DNA from: Candidatus Falkowbacteria bacterium
Lineage (GTDB): Bacteria; Patescibacteriota; Patescibacteriia; Patescibacteriales; UBA12465
Direction: 5' to 3'
Length of the DNA stretch: 64,000 nt
NCBI GenBank assembly: GCA_037134915.1
Contig: JBAXLJ010000001.1
Coordinates: forward strand, 101,484-165,483
The notes under the pieces were generated by a model. The model made no database searches. It saw only the letters and a program-made list of their open reading frames with translations, and was not told the origin of the DNA. Positions 58,001 through 64,000 of the stretch are shown here, piece after piece. The number at the start of each line of letters is the position of its first letter. Position 1 is the stretch's first letter. Both the position numbers and the translations under genes were made by a program.

Positions 58001-58434
58001 TTACTCAACAACCTTTGGGTGGTAAAGCTCAATTTGGTGGTCAGAGATTTGGTGAAATGGAAGTTTGGGCTCTTGAAGGTTATGGGGCCGCTCATACTTT
58101 ACAGGAAATGTTAACCATTAAATCGGATGATGTTCCGGGACGAAGCAAGGCCTACGAAAGTATTATTAAGGGTGAACCAATTGAGAAGTTAAATGTTCCC
58201 GAATCTTTTAATGTTTTAATCCGTGAGCTAAAAGGCTTAGGTCTAAATGTTGAATTACTAAGTAAGGGTGGGGTGGCGGCTAATGAGGTTATTTCTTCGG
58301 AAGATGAACTTATTGCTGAAGCTGATGCCTTAGTTCTCGCTAAAGAAGAGGGTGTTAAAGACGATAAATACGAGTTAGAAATGCCAGAAATTATTGTGGC
58401 TGAAGACACTTCTGAAAAACCAGAAGAAGAATAA
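55069..58434 (+). CDS. rpoB: DNA-directed RNA polymerase subunit beta
   Basis: 1121 aa with conserved beta blocks throughout (GTFIVNGIERVVVSQL, NMQRQAVPL, GRHGNKGV, FGEMEVWALEGYGAA). Confidence 0.97.
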   Translation: MLKNQTANKKIVARKFFNDHQEVMPMPELIEIQKDSYKWFLDEGLAELFDEINPITDFIGRDLELYFEDYYLDEPKFNETESRAKNITYEAPLRVKTRLLNKKTNQAVNQEVYLGDFPVMTDKGTFIVNGIERVVVSQLIRSAGVMFTAEFTKGKKCYGAKIIPNRGAWLEIETDSNKVIWVRIDRKRKVAITSLLRAFGYETDEEIISLFKDIDLVKNSDEKTYIEATIEKDAAKTEAEGLQEVYRRIRPGDLASVENARQLIHSMFFRFDRYDFGRVGRYKLNRRFSLDLANKKENRVLRKEDLVLIIREVIRLNITKEPEDDIDHLGNRRVRAIGGLIQTRFRVGLSRMERIIKDRMSTTDITTLTSTKLINARPVIGVIKEFFMSSQLSQFMDQTNPLAELEHKRRLSAMGPGGLTRERAGFDVRDVHATHYGRICPIATPEGPNIGLVGHLSTYAKLNSYGFLETPYRKVVHEKTGSRVTSEIVYIDAFEEEKYTTADSTIPTDDKGLILVNKFEVRKHGQPSVETSDKIDFVGVAANQIISVATSLIPFMEHNDGQRSLMGTNMQRQAVPLITSESPVVGTGMEARAAYDSGHVIISAEDGLVTRADGLEIDVENKKGIVTKYPLNKFLRSNSSTCINQHPIVSVGDKVHANQIMSDGPAIDNGELSLGRNVLVAFMTWEGFNYEDAVIISERLVREDVFSSIHIENYTIDVRDTKLGSEVITNDIPNISEEKLNNLDEDGIIRIGAEVSSGDILVGKITPKGETTLSAEEKLLRAIFGEKAKDVRDSSLYLEHGEHGKVVDVKVFSREEGDKLSAGVLKSIQVSVANLRKIQVGDKMSGRHGNKGVISKVVPDEDMPYMADGTPIDIILSPLGIISRMNLGQLLETHLGFAAHKLGYKVATPALNGISEQQIRDELIKAGLPEDGKVTLYDGKTGIAYDHTITVGYKYVLKLNHMVEDKIHQRSIGPYSLITQQPLGGKAQFGGQRFGEMEVWALEGYGAAHTLQEMLTIKSDDVPGRSKAYESIIKGEPIEKLNVPESFNVLIRELKGLGLNVELLSKGGVAANEVISSEDELIAEADALVLAKEEGVKDDKYELEMPEIIVAEDTSEKPEEE

Positions 58435-58486
58435 ATAATTCAACCAGAAAAAGGCTTAAAAAATTTCGAATTAAAATTGTGAAAAT

Positions 58487-61400
58487 ATGTTAAACCCTAT
58501 TAAAACCAGTGATTTTGACGCCATTCGCTTAAAACTCGCCTCTCCTGACGAGATTGCTAATTGGTCGCACGGCGAAGTTACTAAACCAGAAACCATCAAT
58601 TATCGCACCCAGAAACCGGAGCGAGACGGTTTGTTTTGCGAAAAGATTTTTGGTCCAACTAAGGACTGGGAATGTGCTTGCGGCAAATATAAAAAAATCC
58701 GCTACAAAGGTATTGTCTGTGATAAATGCGGTGTGGAGGTAACGCGCTCAGTCGTTCGTCGTGAACGCATGGGTCATATTAATTTGCAGATTCCTTGCAC
58801 GCATATCTGGTTTTTAAGAGGTATCTCTTCTAAAATCGGCTTATTACTTAATCTTGGTATTCAGTCACTTGAAAAAGTTATTTATTTTGCGAGTTTTATT
58901 ATCACCGCTGTTGATGAAGATTTAAAAGAGGCAACTATTGAACAAATTAAACAGGAATATAAATCCAAGAAGAAGAGTATTGAAAATGATTATCAACATC
59001 AATTAAAACATAAGTCTGAAAATGATGCTAAAGGGGCTGATGAAAAAGCCTTAACTAAAGAACGTAACGAAAAAATTGAAAGATTGGATGAGGATTTTGC
59101 AGCCACCTCCAAAGAACTTAAAGACTTAAAACCGCTTTTAATTATTTCCGAGCATCAATATCAGAATTTAAGTTTAAAGTTTGGTCATATTTTTGAAGCT
59201 GGTATCGGCGCTGAAGCGATTCGTGATTTGCTCATGAAAATTGATTTAGAAAAGAGTATTGTTAAATTAGAAGAGAAATTAGGTGGCGCCATTGATTCTA
59301 AGAAAGAAAAATTAGTGAAGCGTTTGAAATTAATCAAGAGCTTATCTAATAATCATATTCGTCCAGAATGGATGATTATGACTGTTTTACCAGTTGTTCC
59401 ACCGGATTTACGCCCAATGGTAGCACTCGATGGTGGTCGTTTTGCCGCTTCTGATTTAAATGATTTATATCGCCGTGTTATTAATCGTAACAATCGTTTG
59501 AAACAACTTACTGACTTAAATGCGCCAGAAGTTATTTGTCGTAACGAAAAGCGAATGTTGCAGGAAGCGGTTGATGCTTTAATCGATAATTCTGCTCGTC
59601 ATTCCAAAACAGTTACTGCGTCTACTGGTCAAAAGAGACAGCTAAAATCTTTAGCTGATGCTTTGAAAGGTAAACAGGGTCGTTTCCGTCAAAACTTATT
59701 AGGTAAGCGGGTTGATTACTCCGGTCGTTCTGTTATCGTCGTTAACCCACGTTTAAATCTTGATCAATGTGGTTTGCCAAAGATTATGGCTTTGGAATTA
59801 TTTAAGCCATTTATCATTTCCCAATTAATTAAGAGAGAAATTGTTCATAACGTTAGAAGTGCATCGCGCTATATGGAAGCTGGCCATGATGAAGTTTGGG
59901 ATATTTTAGAAGAAACAGTTAAAGAAGCTTATGTGCTACTCAACCGGGCTCCTACTTTGCATCGTTTAGGTATTCAGGCTTTTAAACCAGTTTTAATTGA
60001 AGGTAAAGCGATTCAGATCCATCCTTTAGTTTGTACGGCTTTTAACGCCGACTTTGATGGTGACCAAATGGCCGTCCATGTTCCACTTACAACCGAAGCT
60101 CGTCGTGAAGCTAAAGAATTAATGCTTTCTTCACACAACTTATTAAAACCAGCTACCGGTGAACCAATCGTAGCGCCTTCACAGGATATTGTTTGGGGTA
60201 CTTATTACATGACCTCTGAAGACAAATCTTTAGTTGGCAAAGAAGATAAGGAGTTGCGTCATTTCTATGGTATGGACGAAGCTCGTTTGGCCTATGACAA
60301 TGGTTTTATTGATTTACACGAACCGATTATCGTTCGCTGGAATGGCGAACGGCTCAGAACTACGGTTGGCCGCTTAATTTTCAATTTAATTTTGCCAGAA
60401 AAATTACGCTTTATTAATGAAGTAGTTGGTAAAGGCAAGATTAAGGATTTAATTAAAGAATGTTTAAGATTATACACCGAAGAAGAAACAGTTCACTTTA
60501 TTGACGATCTAAAGAATAAGAGTTTTGCCTTTATCACTAAATCTGGGCTTTCTTGGGGCTTTGGTGATTTACCAGACTTAAAAGAAAAAGATATTTTAAT
60601 TTCTGAAGCGACGGCCAAGGTGGAAGTTATTCAAGAACAATATGAAGAAGGCTTACTAACTGACAGTGAACGTTACGCCAAGGTGATAGAAGAATGGACT
60701 AAGACTAAAGATAAAATTGCGGATATTTGTAAGAAGGGCTTAGTTAATTCTTTGCCAGTGTTCTCCATGATTGACTCCGGAGCTCGTGGTTCTTGGGCCC
60801 AGCCAGTTCAGATTTTAGGTATGAAAGGACTCGTAACTTCACCATCCGGTGCCATTATCGAACTTCCAGTTAAAGGAAACTTTAAAGAAGGCTTCGGCGT
60901 ACTTGAATACTTTATTTCCACTCACGGTGTCCGTAAAGGTTTGTCTGATACCGCTCTTCGTACTGCTAACGCTGGTTATTTAACTCGTCGTTTAGTTGAT
61001 GTTTCTCAAGATGTTATCGTAACCGAAGAAGATTGTGGCGACACTGTCGGTATGGTTATTTCCCGTGCAGAGACAGAAAAGACTGGCGATGATTTCTTTA
61101 GAAAGATTGCGGGTCGTTTCTTGGCCGCTGACCTTAAGGATGAAAAGGGTAAGACTATTGCCGAGACTGGTGATTTGCTCAGCGAAGAAGTAGTTAAAGA
61201 AGCAAAACTTAAAAATGTTAGTGAAGTAAAAATCCGGACTGTGCTTTCCTGCCATTTACACAAAGGCATCTGCGCCAAATGTTACGGTTATGATTTGGCC
61301 TATAACAAACCAGTTAAGCTTGGTTCCACCGTTGGTATTATTGCCGCTCAATCGATCGGCGAACCTGGTACTCAGTTAACCATGAGAACCTTCCATACTG

Positions 61401-62407
61401 GTGGTGTGGCTGGTCATGATGATATTACCCAAGGTTTACCTCGTGTTGAGGAAATCTTTGAAAGCCGAACTCCAAAAAAGAAAGCTTTGATTTCCGATGT
61501 CGCCGGTACTATTAAATTGGAATACGCTCAGAAGATAATTAAAGACCAGGATGGTAAAGAGATTTCTGTTAACAACCCTCAATCTAAGATTTTAAGCATT
61601 TCTTACCAAGGTAAGGATAGTGATAAATATTATTTCTCAGAAAAAGTTAATGAAATAAAATTAGCTACTGGAGCAACCGCTAAGGATAAAAAGAAACTAG
61701 AAGTCAAAGTGTCGGTTGAAGAAGGCCAAAAGATTAAAGTTGGCATGGAACTGTTTAAAGTCGGTTCAGAAATTGTTAAAGCTAAAACTGATGGCGTGGC
61801 CTCTGTTTCTGAGAAGTATGTCAGTGTTGCTAAAGAAGTTAGTAAGATTAAGGAGCACCATATTTTAAAGGGCACAATGTTGCTAGTTAAAGACGGCGAC
61901 GTGATTGAAAAAGGTACTCAGCTAACTGAAGGCAGTTTGGATCTGAGGGAGCTTTATAAACTTAAAGGACGTCTTGAGACTCAGAAATATATTATTAGAG
62001 AAATTCAGTATGTATATTCTTCTCAGGGCCAGCCTTTAAATGATAAGCACGTAGAGATTATTGCCCGTCAGATGTTCTCTAGATATTTAGTTAGAGATGC
62101 CGGTGATACCAATTTACTCCCTGGCGAAACTATCGAGGAAGAAGTGTTCTTCCAGGCCAATAAAGATTCTCAGGATCTAGCTAAAGCTGATAGATTACTA
62201 ATGGGTATTACTAAGGCCTCTTTAACTACAGATTCTTTCTTGTCAGCTGCTTCGTTCCAAGAAACCCCTCGTGTTTTAATTGAGGCGGCCGTTAACGGCA
62301 AGATAGATTATCTTGAAGGTCTTAAAGAAAATGTTATTATCGGTTGTTTAATCCCTGCCGGTACTGGCTACAAAGGCAAGAAAGCTAGAGAAATTTACAT
62401 CAAATAA
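58487..62407 (+). CDS. rpoC: DNA-directed RNA polymerase subunit beta'
   Basis: 1306 aa with a zinc-binding CxC...CxxC (CACGKYK...CDKCG), the catalytic NADFDGDQM motif, and bridge-helix and trigger-loop blocks. Confidence 0.97.
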   Translation: MLNPIKTSDFDAIRLKLASPDEIANWSHGEVTKPETINYRTQKPERDGLFCEKIFGPTKDWECACGKYKKIRYKGIVCDKCGVEVTRSVVRRERMGHINLQIPCTHIWFLRGISSKIGLLLNLGIQSLEKVIYFASFIITAVDEDLKEATIEQIKQEYKSKKKSIENDYQHQLKHKSENDAKGADEKALTKERNEKIERLDEDFAATSKELKDLKPLLIISEHQYQNLSLKFGHIFEAGIGAEAIRDLLMKIDLEKSIVKLEEKLGGAIDSKKEKLVKRLKLIKSLSNNHIRPEWMIMTVLPVVPPDLRPMVALDGGRFAASDLNDLYRRVINRNNRLKQLTDLNAPEVICRNEKRMLQEAVDALIDNSARHSKTVTASTGQKRQLKSLADALKGKQGRFRQNLLGKRVDYSGRSVIVVNPRLNLDQCGLPKIMALELFKPFIISQLIKREIVHNVRSASRYMEAGHDEVWDILEETVKEAYVLLNRAPTLHRLGIQAFKPVLIEGKAIQIHPLVCTAFNADFDGDQMAVHVPLTTEARREAKELMLSSHNLLKPATGEPIVAPSQDIVWGTYYMTSEDKSLVGKEDKELRHFYGMDEARLAYDNGFIDLHEPIIVRWNGERLRTTVGRLIFNLILPEKLRFINEVVGKGKIKDLIKECLRLYTEEETVHFIDDLKNKSFAFITKSGLSWGFGDLPDLKEKDILISEATAKVEVIQEQYEEGLLTDSERYAKVIEEWTKTKDKIADICKKGLVNSLPVFSMIDSGARGSWAQPVQILGMKGLVTSPSGAIIELPVKGNFKEGFGVLEYFISTHGVRKGLSDTALRTANAGYLTRRLVDVSQDVIVTEEDCGDTVGMVISRAETEKTGDDFFRKIAGRFLAADLKDEKGKTIAETGDLLSEEVVKEAKLKNVSEVKIRTVLSCHLHKGICAKCYGYDLAYNKPVKLGSTVGIIAAQSIGEPGTQLTMRTFHTGGVAGHDDITQGLPRVEEIFESRTPKKKALISDVAGTIKLEYAQKIIKDQDGKEISVNNPQSKILSISYQGKDSDKYYFSEKVNEIKLATGATAKDKKKLEVKVSVEEGQKIKVGMELFKVGSEIVKAKTDGVASVSEKYVSVAKEVSKIKEHHILKGTMLLVKDGDVIEKGTQLTEGSLDLRELYKLKGRLETQKYIIREIQYVYSSQGQPLNDKHVEIIARQMFSRYLVRDAGDTNLLPGETIEEEVFFQANKDSQDLAKADRLLMGITKASLTTDSFLSAASFQETPRVLIEAAVNGKIDYLEGLKENVIIGCLIPAGTGYKGKKAREIYIK

Positions 62408-62428
62408 TTTAAAAGGATATTCTCCAAA

Positions 62429-62454
62429 AACCGGTTCAAATGAGCCGGTTTTTG
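62429..62454 (+). terminator. terminator of rpoBC
   Basis: AACCGGTTC AAAT GAGCCGGTT (9 bp, one G.U) followed by a T-run. It overlaps the ORF-track start at 62440. Confidence 0.8.
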
Positions 62455-62455
62455 T

Positions 62456-62484
62456 TTGTCTTTTGCCTTAAAATGAATTACAAT
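62456..62484 (+). promoter_or_regulatory. promoter giving a probably leaderless mRNA for the 62491 gene
   Basis: TTGTCT (62456-62461), 17-nt spacer, TACAAT (62479-62484), then 6 nt (AAAGTT) before the ATG at 62491. Confidence 0.45.
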
Positions 62485-62490
62485 AAAGTT

Positions 62491-63990
62491 ATGAAGAGTC
62501 GCCAACTACGTCTAATTTTATTAATTTTTTGGCTTATTTTAGCTGGACTTATCGTTTGGCTTAAAGTTGTGCCAGGCGGCGCGGTCACTTATTCAAAAAG
62601 TTATCCGGCTAAAGTTAATTTTTTAGGCGCCAAGGATTTTATTGGTCAATTTACTCCAGCCGATAGAGTTAAAATTGAGCCGAATTTGCCAGCTAAAATT
62701 AGTGGTGATCCGGTCTATTTTTCCGTGACGACACCGCGGACTTTTTCTCAGGCCAAGATAACCATTACTTATCAAGATAACTTAAGTACGGCTACGCCAA
62801 TCATTTCTGCCGGTGTTTTAGTGGATAATATCGTTTGGCGCTACAAATTAAAGCCGCTTGAAAATAAAATATTAGATAATGATTTATCCGGTTGGGTTAA
62901 ATTATCTGATGGCGATGTTCAGCTGTTTCAAAAAGATAAGAAATTTTCTAGCGTGGCCGAATTTTTAAATATTCTAAAAAATAAACCGACCGAAGTTTGT
63001 GCTACCGGCAATCCCCGTGATTGCTTGGCTCTTTATAACGCCGATAGTCTAGCAACGTATCTTCCGGAGCCTCAGTTGCCTAAAACAATTCCCAGTTTTA
63101 AACCGGTAACCATTCCTTTGCAAGGAACTCACCAATTTTATTTCGTGGGCGCGGCCGCTAAGGATTTTAATTTTAACTTTGATCTAGCTGATTTAAATCT
63201 TAATAAACAAAGCGATCCAGTAACTATCAGTCTTTATTATAAGGGTGCTAAGATATTTTCTAAAACTATTTTAGATAATTTTGGCGGTGAAACTTCAGGG
63301 CGGGTGAGGAACTTTTCAGTACCTCTGACGTATAAAAATACAGCCGCGACCGCCGGTTTGTATAAAATAGAAATTAAAGCGGATGATGACGTGGTTATTA
63401 AAAAAATAACTGACGCCCCCTCAGCTTTAATTGCTACTGGTTATTTGCATCCGGTTAACGCTTCTAGTTTACCTCTATCTTTTTGGACTGATAGTTTTTT
63501 TGTTAAGGTAACCGCTAATAACCCGGCTAGTTTACAGACTTTAACTTTTGGCGCTAATAATTTTTCTTTATCTGAGGCTTATAAACAATTTGAATTTGAA
63601 AATCACACCGGCAGTCTCAATGAAATTAAGATTAATCGTGATGATTTGCTGCTAGAAACTGACGGTCTTTTTTCTTTCGCGGCTGCTGATTTTTGGAATC
63701 CGGAATTTAAAGAGGTTGATCGTCATTTTTCAGCCAGTAGTAGCACGAAGTATATTTTAGCGGTTTATAAAGCGCCAATAGAAATTAAAAATAATTTGCG
63801 GCAGGCGGTAGCTGTCTTAAATACTAAAGAAGCTTATCGAGAAAACGGCAAATATAGTTTTATGCTGTCGGTTCCTGGCCTATCATTAGTAAACCAAGGC
63901 AGCCTTTTAGTTAAAAATATTCAGGTTGAATTTTCTGGTCGAACTTTGTGGGATAAAATTAAAGAAAAGATTTCAACTTATGTTAATTAA
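62491..63990 (+). CDS. hypothetical N-terminally anchored extracytoplasmic protein
   Basis: About 499 aa from ATG 62491 (MKSRQLRLILLIFWLILAGLIVWL), with a single N-terminal TM helix and a beta-rich remainder. No motif recognised. Confidence 0.55.
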   Translation: MKSRQLRLILLIFWLILAGLIVWLKVVPGGAVTYSKSYPAKVNFLGAKDFIGQFTPADRVKIEPNLPAKISGDPVYFSVTTPRTFSQAKITITYQDNLSTATPIISAGVLVDNIVWRYKLKPLENKILDNDLSGWVKLSDGDVQLFQKDKKFSSVAEFLNILKNKPTEVCATGNPRDCLALYNADSLATYLPEPQLPKTIPSFKPVTIPLQGTHQFYFVGAAAKDFNFNFDLADLNLNKQSDPVTISLYYKGAKIFSKTILDNFGGETSGRVRNFSVPLTYKNTAATAGLYKIEIKADDDVVIKKITDAPSALIATGYLHPVNASSLPLSFWTDSFFVKVTANNPASLQTLTFGANNFSLSEAYKQFEFENHTGSLNEIKINRDDLLLETDGLFSFAAADFWNPEFKEVDRHFSASSSTKYILAVYKAPIEIKNNLRQAVAVLNTKEAYRENGKYSFMLSVPGLSLVNQGSLLVKNIQVEFSGRTLWDKIKEKISTYVN

Positions 63991-64000
63991 AGTTAAAAAA

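Overview
This is an AT-rich, gene-dense bacterial chromosome segment that uses the standard genetic code (TGA is used as a stop). About 45 genes are recognisable housekeeping genes. They include ftsH, rpmF, nusB, rnc, pilT, recA, adk, hup, rny, infB, rbfA, trmD, rpsP, pnp, rpsO, rpsT, holA, murI, murD, polA, gpmA, yebC, ruvC, ftsK, a murE-like ligase, rpoB and rpoC. There is a 23S-5S rRNA operon with no 16S gene in the window, and nine tRNA genes in three minus-strand groups. Two stretches (9.0-11.7 kb and 18.0-21.1 kb) are filled with small membrane proteins I cannot assign to any family; they fall into two paralogous families. I infer a small-genome Patescibacteria/CPR-like organism from the unlinked rRNA genes, the remodelled 23S, an intron-bearing tRNA, a truncated GlmU, tailed ribosomal proteins and the many orphan membrane proteins. 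Most notable observations: (1) a 266-nt ORF-less group I intron (IC3-like core) splits the anticodon loop of tRNA-Phe(GAA). (2) Two expanded families of unknown membrane proteins are arranged in short operons, with a duplicated promoter cassette. (3) The 23S lacks most of the L1-stalk hairpins but carries expansion segments of about 115 and 55 nt. (4) The rny leader is about 240 nt long and closed by nested 14-bp and 9-bp long-range helices. (5) A 465-bp ORF-poor gap upstream of polA has its own promoter and terminator. No CRISPR array, IS element or prophage was seen. All promoter, terminator and RNA-structure calls were made by eye and need computational confirmation.
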